Positions 1 through 11,004 of a stretch of 64,000 nt of DNA are shown here, piece after piece. The position numbers and the translations under genes were made by a program. The stretch lies in the NCBI GenBank assembly GCA_937988745.1, contig CALKAR010000207.1, forward strand, positions 3,394 through 67,393, written 5' to 3'. This DNA is from an uncultured Peptococcaceae bacterium. Lineage in GTDB: Bacteria; Bacillota; Limnochordia; Darwinibacteriales; Darwinibacteriaceae. How positions within the stretch are numbered: the stretch's first letter is position 1; each line of letters begins with the position of its first letter. The notes below the pieces were generated by a model, which was not told the origin of the DNA, made no database searches, and saw only the letters and a list, made by a program, of their open reading frames with translations.

Positions 1-701
1 ATCCCTGCTGTGATGCTCAGACCCACATACATAACCAAATCATAATTGAGACCTAGGTTGACAGCATGATCTTTGCCCATACCAGCAATGGTGAACTTGT
101 CCGCCCACAAGAAGGCAATGACCACTAAGGGAATCACAAGATATAGAAGTTCATAACGTCCCTGCGTCACCATGGCGAAGTTGCCCATGAGCCATGTGGA
201 AACACTCTGGACAAGATCAAAACGGTACGCAATCAGAGTGGTCGCCGCGTTAACCACACTGCCAAGCATCAAGCCGATTAATGGCACAAAAATAGCATCT
301 TTCATTCTCAAACGCTGCAAGATGCCGAGGAATAAGAATGCGCCGAACATAGCGAAGGCAAAAACAATCACCATTTTCCCGAAGGAACTAGCTTGGGGAA
401 TAAGCATTAGTGAAACGAGTACACCTAAGCGGGCAAAATCGGCTGTGCCAGCGGTTGTAGGCGAAACAAAGCGATTGCGGCTCAGCTGCTGCATTATTAG
501 ACCACTGATACTCATACCTATCCCGGTCAGTACCACTGCAGCCATCCGGGGGATGCGGCTGATGATCAATATCTGGGCCACAAGATCATTGCCGGCCAAG
601 AGCTCAGCTAAGCTGAAATTAGATACTCCGACAATTAAGGATATAAAGCTGAGTATGATTAGTGCTGCCAATAAACCTGAAGTTTTTAAGATAGAAGTGA
701 T
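1..701 (-). CDS. FecCD-family iron-chelate/siderophore ABC transporter permease, N-terminal part only (gene runs off the left edge)
   Basis: The ORF track lacks it because it has no stop codon in the window. My reverse-strand translation is open from 767 down to 1. It reads ..LKTSGLLAALIILSFISLIVGVSNFSLAELLAGNDLVAQILIISRIPRMAAVVLTGIGMSISGLIMQQLSRNRFVSPTTAGTADFARLG...GKDHAVNLGLNYDLV, which is typical of FecCD/FeuB-type polytopic permeases. An in-frame stop at 768-770 bounds the start. The start codon itself is unclear: ATC at 701 lies 6 nt after GGGGAAGGGGGA, or TTG at 671. Confidence 0.75.
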   Translation of the reverse strand, partial: MTSILKTSGLLAALIILSFISLIVGVSNFSLAELLAGNDLVAQILIISRIPRMAAVVLTGIGMSISGLIMQQLSRNRFVSPTTAGTADFARLGVLVSLMLIPQASSFGKMVIVFAFAMFGAFLFLGILQRLRMKDAIFVPLIGLMLGSVVNAATTLIAYRFDLVQSVSTWLMGNFAMVTQGRYELLYLVIPLVVIAFLWADKFTIAGMGKDHAVNLGLNYDLVMYVGLSITAG

Positions 702-851
702 TTGACAGTCCCCCTTCCCCTTTGCTAAGATCGAGATGGTATGAGAATGACTCTCAGTTTCACCTGTTTATCATAGCATGATTGGGTGGAAATGTCTTGC
801 ATTAAGTTGAACTGATTCGCACAATATTTAGATCTCTTGGAGGGCTTACTT

Positions 852-1601
852 ATGATGGCACCGGAAATCAGCAAACACATTAAAGAAACTGTGGAGACAT
901 TTACAGCATGTACGTCACTGCCTGCTGCAGCCATCACGGGTCACGGTAGCCTCACCGCCTATGCAGGCGAAAGTCTGCCGCATGCCCTAGCTGTAAATGC
1001 CCTGCAGAAGATTCCTGTACAGATTATAGAAATATCAGCGAGCACAAAACTGCGAGTTGATCATATTGCGCTTCCCATAGAAGGAAGTAATGATCTACAG
1101 GTGATTGCGGTTCCCTTAGTAGAAAAATCTTTTAGGCAGGGCATGTACATCATTGGCCCTTTCTCAAAGTCCCAACTGCAGACCTGTGTTCATTTCCTCG
1201 TCGATCTACTCCGCAATATTGAAGGAACTGGCCTGAGCAGATCTCTGCAGTTCCCTGCAAACCTGCATGTTCGGCGCGCAGTACGCTACGTTCATCAACA
1301 CTACAGCGAAACACTCTCTCTAGAGGATATAGCGGAGCACTTAGGGATAAACAAGTGCTATCTGGCAAACGTCTTTCGAAATGAGATGGGAGAGACATTT
1401 ACTGAGTTCGTCAACCGCTTCCGGGTTGAAACGAGCAAGCAGGCTCTGCGGGAAACCGATGAACCCATACTCAACATCGCTCTACAGCACGGTTTTGCCA
1501 GCCAAAGTTACTATGGCAGGGTATTTAAAAAACTCACCGGGGTCACCCCCAGTGAGTTTCGCAGACAAGCTAAGCTGCAGTTGGTCAGTCTAGCACAGTA
1601 G
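852..1601 (+). CDS. AraC-family transcriptional regulator (unknown N-terminal sensor domain plus C-terminal double HTH)
   Basis: The C-terminus RRAVRYVHQHYSETLSLEDIAEHLGINKCYLANVFRNEMGETFTEFVNRFRVETSKQALRETDEPILNIALQHGFASQSYYGRVFKKLTGVTPSEFRR is a canonical AraC HTH_18 domain. The start was moved from TTG 837 to ATG 852, because GGAGGG at 839-844 lies 7 nt upstream of it. Confidence 0.85.
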   Translation: MMAPEISKHIKETVETFTACTSLPAAAITGHGSLTAYAGESLPHALAVNALQKIPVQIIEISASTKLRVDHIALPIEGSNDLQVIAVPLVEKSFRQGMYIIGPFSKSQLQTCVHFLVDLLRNIEGTGLSRSLQFPANLHVRRAVRYVHQHYSETLSLEDIAEHLGINKCYLANVFRNEMGETFTEFVNRFRVETSKQALRETDEPILNIALQHGFASQSYYGRVFKKLTGVTPSEFRRQAKLQLVSLAQ

Positions 1602-3174
1602 CCTGCAGCCAGTTTCCAATTAGCTCGAACAAACTCGGTTCTAGCTTCCATGGATTTGTTGGATCATATTCTGGATTGTCTAACGGAAAGAGCGTAAAAT
1701 AGTGGGTTGTCTTGGGCAGCATATGGACTTCTACACGCTCGTTGCCTGCCTCACGAAGTGCATCAGCTAAAGCCTCTGCGTGATAAGGCAGAACCTTCAG
1801 GTCGGCATCGCCATGGATGATCAGTACCGGCTGTTCAACGAGTTTGACAGCCTCAAGGGGATCATGTGCCATGTGCTGCCGGAGCCAGTCGAGGTTGTAA
1901 GGCAGGACGCTTGCCTCCTTCCCTGCTGCCGCATCGTCAATCAACTGCTGGATCATAGGCTGTAACGACCGGATGGATTGGCGTTCAACCTCAGAAAGAA
2001 TATCTAGACTGGCCTGATACTCCAGCTGCTCGATTAATATTTCATCGAGCGGTGTGCTTGGCCCAGCTAAGAGCACAATGCCCGCCAGTTCTGTGTCCTC
2101 TCCTGCAATGATAGGAGCAATCACTGCACCTTCACTGTGACCCAGCATAACAATGCGCTCACTATCGATCTTAGGATGGTTCTTCAGGTAAGCAATCAGT
2201 GCCCGCACATCATCCACCAAGTCCTGCAGAGTTGCAGCGTTGTAATCTCCGGTGCTTTCACCTACTCCCCGCTCGTCATAGCGCAGGACTGCCACACCTA
2301 GGCCGCTGAAATACTCAGCCATCAACTTAAACATATCTGTCATGAACTCAGGCGGCGTATTACCGTCTCTGTCCTGCGGCCCCGAACCTGAGTTGAGCAG
2401 AACAGCTGGGAAGGGCCCATCTCCTTCGGGCAATGTGAGCGTACCGGCTAAGGTTACTTCCCCTGATGATACCTGGAAATCCTCGCTGTAGCCTGCCTGC
2501 TTTCCATCGGTTTCAGCTTGGGCTGGTGTCAAGTCAATATAATTCTCATGAACAGCCTGAGCGCCCTGAGCAGGCACATCCACTACAACTAGTTTCCCGT
2601 CGTGGGATAAAAGCTTGATATACACAACGCCATCGAAAATAATACCTGATTCTTCAAGCAGCACGGTATCTCCGTCAACATGATAGAGTGACTCGCCCAC
2701 CTGCAGAATCTGCCCTGGCATGACAGGGTCTTGGCTCATCAGCACCAGAAGAGGAGATACTATTGTTACGTCTTCTACTCCGGCCAAGGCCAAGTCAACT
2801 ACTTGCTGATACTGGGCAAACACATTATTATCGAGAACAACGTACGGATCACCGATCTCATAAGTGAGCCGAACGGGACCGGCCTCAGCTTGGAATTCAC
2901 CGTCCTTAAAGGACCCTTTGACAGAGATTCCCATCTGGTTCAAAACATACGAATCATCTTTTAGTTCAGAGTTCAGCTGGATAGTCTGGCCCATTACGGT
3001 CAAGGAGCCGCTGGTAGCGATGCTTCCATCAGAGATGGTGAACTCCTCAGCTCCGATTTCTTGACCACCGAGGTAAATGATGAATCGGCCCTCATAGACT
3101 TCAGACCCGTGGACCACACCCACTGCGCTGAACAAGACTAAGAACAGCAGACCAACTAATGCCAGACGCTTCAC
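1585..3174 (-). CDS. Secreted alpha/beta-fold hydrolase (S9/dienelactone-hydrolase-like) with a beta-rich N-terminal domain of about 230 aa
   Basis: It has an N-terminal signal peptide, MKRLALVGLLFLVLFSAVGVVHG. The nucleophile elbow is GHSEGA, followed by ..IIHGDADLKV.. and ..TTHYF. The start is GTG 3174, and it overlaps the stop of the upstream small ORF by 4 nt (GTGA). Confidence 0.75.
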   Translation of the reverse strand: MKRLALVGLLFLVLFSAVGVVHGSEVYEGRFIIYLGGQEIGAEEFTISDGSIATSGSLTVMGQTIQLNSELKDDSYVLNQMGISVKGSFKDGEFQAEAGPVRLTYEIGDPYVVLDNNVFAQYQQVVDLALAGVEDVTIVSPLLVLMSQDPVMPGQILQVGESLYHVDGDTVLLEESGIIFDGVVYIKLLSHDGKLVVVDVPAQGAQAVHENYIDLTPAQAETDGKQAGYSEDFQVSSGEVTLAGTLTLPEGDGPFPAVLLNSGSGPQDRDGNTPPEFMTDMFKLMAEYFSGLGVAVLRYDERGVGESTGDYNAATLQDLVDDVRALIAYLKNHPKIDSERIVMLGHSEGAVIAPIIAGEDTELAGIVLLAGPSTPLDEILIEQLEYQASLDILSEVERQSIRSLQPMIQQLIDDAAAGKEASVLPYNLDWLRQHMAHDPLEAVKLVEQPVLIIHGDADLKVLPYHAEALADALREAGNERVEVHMLPKTTHYFTLFPLDNPEYDPTNPWKLEPSLFELIGNWLQATVLD

Positions 3175-3347
3175 ATGCTTTCCTCCATTTCTGTCAATAA
3201 ATTAAGCACCCATGTAAGTTCATCGATTGCTCGGTCTAAGACCTCTTCCCTAATGCGGTCAGACTCGATGTAAGGGCGCAGATGCACTTTCTCAAAACGC
3301 AGCTCATTAATGCGCGTTGCAATTGCTTCTCTTAATTCGTTATACAT
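3171..3347 (-). CDS. Small acidic helical protein of unknown function (58 aa), translationally coupled to the secreted hydrolase
   Basis: This is track ORF 3171..3362. I prefer ATG 3347 (MYNELREAIATRINEL...) because GAGGT lies 6 nt upstream, and the first ATG has no RBS. I recognise no family. Confidence 0.45.
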   Translation of the reverse strand: MYNELREAIATRINELRFEKVHLRPYIESDRIREEVLDRAIDELTWVLNLLTEMEESM

Positions 3348-3474
3348 CGCATGACCTCGCATATCTGTTTTGATGATTTTATTCTATCATTCCCATCCCA
3401 GCGACACAACTAAAAGGGTTCCTTCTTCAAGTAAAGAAGTATGTGTGGTAAGAACTAACTAGAGAGGTGAAGAA

Positions 3475-4362
3475 ATGCTGCAGGTGATAACAGACAGCGC
3501 ATGTGATCTCCCCCAACATGTGGCCGACGATCACAATATTGATATAGTACCATTTATCGTACATATCGATGGCAGGGAATTTATCGATGGAAAGACCATT
3601 CAACCTGATGATGTCTTTCAAGCCCTGCGAGAAGGCAAGAAACCAACCACGAGCCAGGTTCCGGCTAAGTTCTTCTGGGAAACCTTCACCAAATATGCTG
3701 AAAAAGGTATCCGCTGCATCTACGTAGCTTTTTCCTCCAAGCTCTCCGGCACGTATAACACTGCCCGCATGGTCGCTGAAGAGGTGAAGAAACGCTATCC
3801 CAATTTCCAGCTCACAATCTGCGACTCCCTTGGTGGCTCTCTTGCACAAGGCCTAATTGCTCTGGAAGCCGCGCAGCTCGGAGCTGCCGGTGCTGAATAC
3901 GACGAAGTGATCGAAAGAGTAAGGCGCCGTTCAAACAATAATGTGGAACATATTTTTACTGTTGACGACTTAGGCCATCTGCATCGCGGCGGCCGCATTG
4001 GCTGGGCCAGTGCAGTGATGGGCAGTGTACTCAAGGTCAAACCCATACTCCACGTGCTCGACGGTCAAATGCTATTACTTCAGAAAGCCCGGGGCAAGAC
4101 CGCCGCACTTAAGCGCATTGTAGAGGTTGTCAAAGAGCGGTCCCTTGGGCATGTCGAACAGTTGATTGGGATCACCCACGCTGCTGACGGAGAAACAGCT
4201 GAAAAACTTCAGGATATGTTGGAGAACGCTCTCGGTTATAAGAACTTCATCGTGAACACCATCGGCAGTGTCCTTGGCTGCCATATCGGTCTGGGAGGCG
4301 TAGCAGCCTTCTTTGTGAACAAAAATGTCGACATCCCTAACCTACCCCTGGAAACTAGTTAA
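3475..4362 (+). CDS. DegV-family fatty-acid-binding protein
   Basis: The sequence is MLQVITDSACDLP..VPFIVHIDGREFIDG...SSKLSGTYNTA...GHLHRGGRIG, the typical DegV/FakB signature at 295 aa. The RBS is GAGAGGTG. Confidence 0.9.
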   Translation: MLQVITDSACDLPQHVADDHNIDIVPFIVHIDGREFIDGKTIQPDDVFQALREGKKPTTSQVPAKFFWETFTKYAEKGIRCIYVAFSSKLSGTYNTARMVAEEVKKRYPNFQLTICDSLGGSLAQGLIALEAAQLGAAGAEYDEVIERVRRRSNNNVEHIFTVDDLGHLHRGGRIGWASAVMGSVLKVKPILHVLDGQMLLLQKARGKTAALKRIVEVVKERSLGHVEQLIGITHAADGETAEKLQDMLENALGYKNFIVNTIGSVLGCHIGLGGVAAFFVNKNVDIPNLPLETS

Positions 4363-4393
4363 ACATAGGTTTATAATATAAACAGACCATTAA

Positions 4394-5785
<1,392 letters not shown>

Positions 5786-5793
5786 TGAGATTC

Positions 5794-5832
5794 CGAGCCC
5801 TCCAGCTTCTGCAGCGGAGGGCTCGTTTTTTG
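5794..5832. terminator. Bidirectional intrinsic terminator between convergent tpl and the FAD oxidoreductase gene
   Basis: A 10-bp stem pairs CGAGCCCTCC (5794-5803) with GGAGGGCTCG (5816-5825). A TTTTTT run follows at 5826-5831. Confidence 0.8.
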
Positions 5833-5843
5833 TCCTGCTTATA

Positions 5844-7304
5844 TTATTCCTGAGAGTTAAGAAACTCGATTAGTTCTGATCTTTCCACCCGGCTGACGCC
5901 GCTGTGTTCAATGTCAAAGGAAGGATCAATTGGTTCGCCATACTCCCTTTCCATCACTTCCGCAATCCGACTGCGGCAGAAGCCTCCCTGGCACCAGCCC
6001 ATCGAAGCCCGCGTGCGGCGCTTAACGGCATCGATGGTCTTCAGCTTAATCCCCCGGTGCAGGGCATCCACGATCTCACCCTCAGTTACCTGTTCACAGC
6101 GGCAGATAACCTTCTCCGGTGACGACGGGATATGGAGCAGAGGCTCTATTTCACTGCGGGGCCGCAGTTCTTTCCTCTGTATAATCGGCGGTCTGTAGGG
6201 ATCGAAATCGGTCTTTTCTACCAGTTTAAGACCGGCCTTCTCCAAAATGTCCATCACCATATCAGCGATGGCAGGCGCTGCCGTCAGTCCTGGTGACTGG
6301 ATGCCTGCCACGTTTACAAAGCCAGACACCCTACTCTCTTCGATGATAAAATCGTTCGTCGAACTTCGGGCTCTAATGCCGGTGAAGCTTCTGATGAACT
6401 GACGGGGATCAATCTTGTCGTACAGCTCACGGCACTGGTGGTAAATGGCCGCAATCCGCGCCACATCAGTTGAGGTATCCTCTTTAGACGATTCGTCGCT
6501 CGCATCAGGCCCAATCATCAAATTGCCATAATAGGTCGATGTAAGAACAACACCTTTCCCCTTATCGGTTGGTAGCTGAAAAATCACTGAATTGATCGGT
6601 TTCCCACTTCCCCGAACGAAGAGAAGGTACTGACCGCTGCGCGGAAGGATTTCAAAGTCATCGATTCCCACCATGCGAGCGATTTGGTCTGCATAAACCC
6701 CTGCCGTATTAATCACGAACCGACTCCGAATTTCACCCTGATTCGTCTCGATAATGAAATCCTGCTGCTCTTTCTGGATTCCGACAACCTCGTGTTCGAG
6801 GAGAAGAGTGACCCCGTTGGCGATTGCATTTTCAGCAAGCGCAATTGCCATTTCATATGGAGAGCAAATCCCTGCTCCTCGGCAGTAAAGTGCCCATTTT
6901 AGATCAGGATTAAGAGCTGGTTCCATCTCCCGCAGCCTGTCCTGGCCAATGATCTCCAAGTCATCTAAACCATTTGCTCTCCCCTGTTCCAAGAGGCGCT
7001 GCAGCGGAGCAGGGTCATCTTCCATCGTAACCACTAAGGAACCGGTTTCGTCAAATCCGAAGTTGAGCTCCTCATTAAGTCTCTTAAACTGCAGCCTGCC
7101 CGGATAACAAAGCCTCCCGCGCAGAGTCGCACCACTCTCAGCATAACCTCCGTGCACAATTGCACTGTTGGCTTTCGTGGCCCCCATGGATACATCATTA
7201 CCTTTATCTATAAGAGCGACATTGAGATCATAGCGGCTGAGCCAGCGGGCAACTGCCGTTCCCACTATACCCGCCCCAATGATGGCCGCATCGTATTTCT
7301 GCAA
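5844..7304 (-). CDS. FAD-dependent oxidoreductase of the GlpA / L-2-hydroxyglutarate oxidase type with a C-terminal BFD-like [2Fe-2S] domain
   Basis: The N-terminal dinucleotide fold is YDAAIIGAGIVGTAVA. The C-terminal motif is CRCEQVTEGEIVDALHRG...KRRTRASMGWCQGGFC, with BFD-like Cys spacing. Confidence 0.8.
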   Translation of the reverse strand: MQKYDAAIIGAGIVGTAVARWLSRYDLNVALIDKGNDVSMGATKANSAIVHGGYAESGATLRGRLCYPGRLQFKRLNEELNFGFDETGSLVVTMEDDPAPLQRLLEQGRANGLDDLEIIGQDRLREMEPALNPDLKWALYCRGAGICSPYEMAIALAENAIANGVTLLLEHEVVGIQKEQQDFIIETNQGEIRSRFVINTAGVYADQIARMVGIDDFEILPRSGQYLLFVRGSGKPINSVIFQLPTDKGKGVVLTSTYYGNLMIGPDASDESSKEDTSTDVARIAAIYHQCRELYDKIDPRQFIRSFTGIRARSSTNDFIIEESRVSGFVNVAGIQSPGLTAAPAIADMVMDILEKAGLKLVEKTDFDPYRPPIIQRKELRPRSEIEPLLHIPSSPEKVICRCEQVTEGEIVDALHRGIKLKTIDAVKRRTRASMGWCQGGFCRSRIAEVMEREYGEPIDPSFDIEHSGVSRVERSELIEFLNSQE

Positions 7305-7335
7305 GTTGTAAACTCCTTTCCCAAGCGCTCTCAGC

Positions 7336-8040
7336 TCAATTAAGCAGTCCCAAAAAGTACTGGAAGTGACCAGTGAGCATTAAAACACCGATCAGCACCA
7401 GCAGTCCACCTGAGATGCGCTGGATGTACTTAAGATTCTGCTTGATAAAACCCAATACGCCCTGCAGCTTATGCCACAGAAGAGCCGTCAAAATGAAAGG
7501 TATACCTAGCCCTATTCCAAAAACAAACAGGAGCGCCATGCCCGCACGCAGTGTCTGCGTGTGAGATGCCAGCAGCAGTGCGGTTCCCAAAAACGCCCCG
7601 AGACATGGTGTCCATGCCACTGAGAAGGCTCCTCCAAAGACTAAGCTAGACACAAAACCTAAATCGGAGGTCTTGGCCTGCACACTGCTGCTGCGGTTTA
7701 ACAATCCAATTCGGATCAGCCCTAAGAAATTGAGGCCAAAGAGAATGACTACAATACCGCTGACCCTGATCAGTGCCTGTCGGTACTCAACCAACAGGCT
7801 GCCTATCGTAGAGGCCGTAGCTCCAAGAAGCACAAACACTACGGTAAATCCCAGCACAAAGCCTACTACATTCCGAAACAAGCGGCTTCGGTCTACCGTC
7901 TCTGGATCGCTGCCAGCCAGGTACATCAAGTAGACTGGCAGAAGAGGTAGAATGCACGGCGATAGGAAGGCCAAGAGGCCTTCGACAAAGATCAGGCCGA
8001 ATAAGGCTGGAGTCACCTCAGGTAGTGCCTGTGCAAACAT
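7336..8040 (-). CDS. ccdA: Cytochrome c biogenesis / thiol-disulfide electron transporter CcdA (DsbD family)
   Basis: It is a six-TM protein with LSPCILPLLPVYL and WTPCLGAFLG Cys motifs. Its ATG overlaps the stop of the upstream thioredoxin gene by 1 nt (TAATG). Confidence 0.85.
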   Translation of the reverse strand: MFAQALPEVTPALFGLIFVEGLLAFLSPCILPLLPVYLMYLAGSDPETVDRSRLFRNVVGFVLGFTVVFVLLGATASTIGSLLVEYRQALIRVSGIVVILFGLNFLGLIRIGLLNRSSSVQAKTSDLGFVSSLVFGGAFSVAWTPCLGAFLGTALLLASHTQTLRAGMALLFVFGIGLGIPFILTALLWHKLQGVLGFIKQNLKYIQRISGGLLVLIGVLMLTGHFQYFLGLLN

Positions 8041-8549
8041 TATTTTGCCTCCTCAATCAAGTGCTTAACCGCAGCATAACTAGCGGGGCCGATGATGTAG
8101 TTATCCATATAACCATCAGGATCAATTACAACGGTCACGGGAATTCCGGGAAGCCCGAATATCCGTCCCCCTACCGTTCCATCATCATGCAAGTTGAGGA
8201 ATGTAAAGCCGTTGTCCGTCAGATACTTCTCGCCGCTGGCGACGGTTTCCCTGAACCCATCGATCTGGTTCAGCATTAGAAGCACTGCCTCACCCGTTTC
8301 CTCCAGCTCCTCATGGAGTCTCTGGAAATCAGGCATTTCAGCCCGGCAGGGTGGACACCAGCTTGCCCAGAAGTTCAGGACCACTACCTTACCTGCATAG
8401 TCAGAGAGAGAGACTGGTTCACCACGGTTGGACATCAGTGTGAAGTTCGGTACCAGCGGCTTCTCCGTTTCGGCCGCAGCCTGATAAGGAAGTAGAACAA
8501 GCCCAACCAACAGGCAAATTCCCAGCACAATCCCGATATTCCACCTCAT
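8040..8549 (-). CDS. Membrane-anchored TlpA/ResA-like thiol-disulfide oxidoreductase
   Basis: It has an N-terminal anchor, MRWNIGIVLGICLLVGLVLLP. The thioredoxin motif is NFWASWCPPCRAEMP. Confidence 0.85.
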   Translation of the reverse strand: MRWNIGIVLGICLLVGLVLLPYQAAAETEKPLVPNFTLMSNRGEPVSLSDYAGKVVVLNFWASWCPPCRAEMPDFQRLHEELEETGEAVLLMLNQIDGFRETVASGEKYLTDNGFTFLNLHDDGTVGGRIFGLPGIPVTVVIDPDGYMDNYIIGPASYAAVKHLIEEAK

Positions 8550-8635
8550 CTGTACGCCCCCTTAATTATAAGTATCAAACTTCTTTTATGGGTATTTCTA
8601 CGGTCTTGATAAATTTCCTCCAAAATATAAAACGC

Positions 8636-8674
8636 TTGACAACGGATGTCTCTGTGATACATTATTTCTGTATC
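8636..8674 (+). promoter_or_regulatory. Candidate sigma-A promoter with an overlapping MarR-type operator upstream of marR-ftsH-cls
   Basis: The -35 is TTGACA (8636-8641). After a 16-nt spacer comes an extended -10, TGaTACATT (8655-8663). An inverted repeat GATACA-N7-TGTATC (8656-8674) overlaps the -10. Confidence 0.5.
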
Positions 8675-8696
8675 ATAAATATTATTGGAGGAAAAT

Positions 8697-9146
8697 ATGG
8701 AGCTCATTGAATTTCGCGATGCCCTTTGGGATTACGTCCGCTTTCTTCGTACAAGCCTGGACTGCCTGTTTCGTCCCATGGTCGAAGATTTAGGCCTGAC
8801 CATGCTTCAGGCAAGGATTCTGCTGGAGATACAAGCGGAAGGTGAGATAACTGTCGGCGATTTAGGCGAACACCTCGGTACCGGCAGCGGTAATGTATCT
8901 ACGATGTGTAAGAAGCTTGAACAGCTGGGCTATGTTAATCGAGAACGTGCCCGCCACGACGAACGAGTCGTATTCATTTCTCTAACCGATGACGGGCGCA
9001 GAATTCTGACTCAGCTAGAAAAGGATATTGCATCTCGTTATGAAGAAGTAATTAGTAATTGGCCTAAAGAAGATTTTGAACTCATCTACGCAGGTCATGA
9101 GAAAATCAGAGAAATTCTCAAAGCTATGCTTGAACAATCACAGTGA
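8697..9146 (+). CDS. MarR-family transcriptional regulator
   Basis: The winged HTH reads LTMLQARILLEIQAEGEITVGDLGEHLGTGSGNVSTMCKKLEQLGYVNRERARHDERVVFISLTDDG. The start was moved to ATG 8697, 5 nt after GGAGG. Confidence 0.85.
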   Translation: MELIEFRDALWDYVRFLRTSLDCLFRPMVEDLGLTMLQARILLEIQAEGEITVGDLGEHLGTGSGNVSTMCKKLEQLGYVNRERARHDERVVFISLTDDGRRILTQLEKDIASRYEEVISNWPKEDFELIYAGHEKIREILKAMLEQSQ

Positions 9147-9161
9147 AAAGGAGGCAGCCGT

Positions 9162-10985
9162 ATGGAAGAAACCCCTAACGCAAGGAAACCTTTAATATTC
9201 TACTACATCGTTTCTCTCATCCTGATTCTGCTGTTTAACGCATTTGTTTTTCCGATGTTGATGCGAGCACGTCTTGTCGAAGTCGAATATTCCACCTTTC
9301 TAAAAATGGTAGAATCAGGCTCTGTTCAGCAGGTAGAAATTGATACGAGTGGTGAGCGGATAGTATTTACCGCGCGGGACGAAAGAGGGTTTGAGCAGAC
9401 ATACGTCACTGGAGCGATGGATGACCCGGACCTCGTCAACAGGCTGCTTGCTAGCGACAGCAGCATCCGCTTCTCGAAGGTACTCCCGCATCCAAGTTCA
9501 CCCCTGATCAGCTTTTTGCTGAGCTGGATTGTTCCCGTACTCATCTTTGTGGGACTCGGTCAGCTCTTTCAGCGGCAGATGCGAAGTCGGATGGGCAATG
9601 CCCTGGCTTTTGGTAAAAGCAACGCACGCGTCTACGTGAAAGCAGAAACAGGCATCACCTTCGATGATGTTGCTGGTCAAGATGAGGCGAAGGAAGCACT
9701 CACCGAAATCGTAGATTTCCTGCATAATCCCGAACGTTACGCAGAGATCGGAGCGGTCCTGCCTAAAGGAGCACTCCTCGTAGGCCCTCCCGGTACCGGT
9801 AAGACCCTGCTCGCCAAAGCTGTTGCCGGTGAGGCAAATGTCCCTTTCTTCTCCATTTCCGGCTCTGAGTTCGTAGAGATGTTTGTTGGTTTGGGAGCCG
9901 CAAAAGTACGGGATCTATTTAAACAGGCTGAGGAAAAAGCACCGTGCATAGTGTTTATCGATGAAATTGATACGATCGGGAAAAAGCGCGGCGACGGAGG
10001 CCTAGGCGGCCACGATGAACGGGAGCAGACACTAAACCAGCTCTTAACTGAAATGGACGGCTTCGACAGCCGCAAAGGTGTTGTACTCCTGGCTGCTACC
10101 AACCGGCCCGAGTCACTCGATCCCGCACTCCTCAGACCCGGTAGATTTGACCGGCGTATTCCAGTGGAATTGCCTGACCTTGCCGGCCGGATTGCAATTT
10201 TGAAGGTCCATGCAAAGAAGATCAAGACAGAAGGCCCGATCGACTTTGCTCCCATCGCGCGCGCGACAGCAGGAGCTTCCGGAGCCGACCTAGCAAACAT
10301 CATCAATGAAGCGGCGCTGCGTGCAGTGCGTCAAGGACGCAGTGCTGTTCGGCAGATTGACTTAGAAGAAAGCGTGGAAGTTGTACTGGCAGGTTACGAA
10401 CGCAAGAATACTACTCTATCACCTAGAGAACGAGAAATGGTCGCCTACCATGAGATTGGGCATGCCATTGTGGCGGCAAAACAAGGTGATCAGGCTCCAG
10501 TGCATAAAATCACCATAGTGCCCCGTACTTCGGGAGCCCTGGGCTACACCCTACAGATCGATGAAAGTGATCGCTATCTCGTTACCAAGGAAGAAGCTTT
10601 CGCCCGATTAGCTACCCTTACAGGCGGACGAGCAGCAGAAGAGCTAGTCTTCAATACTGTAACTACTGGAGCAGCTAATGATATCGAACAGGCCACCAAT
10701 ATTGCACGAGCGATGGTAACCCGCTTCGGGATGAGCGAGCGCTTCGGAATGATCGCCCTCGAAGCTGAAACAAGTCCCTATCTTGGGGGAACCACGCAGA
10801 TGACTTGTTCCAGCGAAACAGCTGCTCAGATCGATCAAGAAGTGATGAATATCATCAACAGAGCGCACGAGAGGGCAATCGCTATACTAAAGGATAACAT
10901 AGAGAAACTGCATGAATTAGCGAGACATCTGTTGGAGAAGGAGACAATCTCTGGCGAAGAATTTCTCCGTATACTAAACGGATAG
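9162..10985 (+). CDS. ftsH: ATP-dependent zinc metalloprotease FtsH
   Basis: Motifs are Walker A GPPGTGKT, Walker B VFIDEID, the second region of homology (SRH) [20 protein letters not shown], and the zinc site HEIGHA. It has two N-terminal TM segments. Confidence 0.95.
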   Translation: MEETPNARKPLIFYYIVSLILILLFNAFVFPMLMRARLVEVEYSTFLKMVESGSVQQVEIDTSGERIVFTARDERGFEQTYVTGAMDDPDLVNRLLASDSSIRFSKVLPHPSSPLISFLLSWIVPVLIFVGLGQLFQRQMRSRMGNALAFGKSNARVYVKAETGITFDDVAGQDEAKEALTEIVDFLHNPERYAEIGAVLPKGALLVGPPGTGKTLLAKAVAGEANVPFFSISGSEFVEMFVGLGAAKVRDLFKQAEEKAPCIVFIDEIDTIGKKRGDGGLGGHDEREQTLNQLLTEMDGFDSRKGVVLLAATNRPESLDPALLRPGRFDRRIPVELPDLAGRIAILKVHAKKIKTEGPIDFAPIARATAGASGADLANIINEAALRAVRQGRSAVRQIDLEESVEVVLAGYERKNTTLSPREREMVAYHEIGHAIVAAKQGDQAPVHKITIVPRTSGALGYTLQIDESDRYLVTKEEAFARLATLTGGRAAEELVFNTVTTGAANDIEQATNIARAMVTRFGMSERFGMIALEAETSPYLGGTTQMTCSSETAAQIDQEVMNIINRAHERAIAILKDNIEKLHELARHLLEKETISGEEFLRILNG

Positions 10986-11004
10986 CAAGGATGGATGCAC
11001 CGCT

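Noticed and set aside
172-705. Track ORF of 177 aa on the plus strand.
   Set aside because: Its composition is low-complexity and rich in Lys, Ile, Ser and Thr, with no recognisable motifs. It lies exactly antisense to a convincing FecCD permease frame, so it is most likely a shadow ORF.
9737-10306. Track ORF of 189 aa on the minus strand, inside ftsH.
   Set aside because: It has the Ala/Pro/Arg/Ser-rich composition typical of the antisense frame of a GC-rich coding region. The ftsH reading on the opposite strand is unambiguous.
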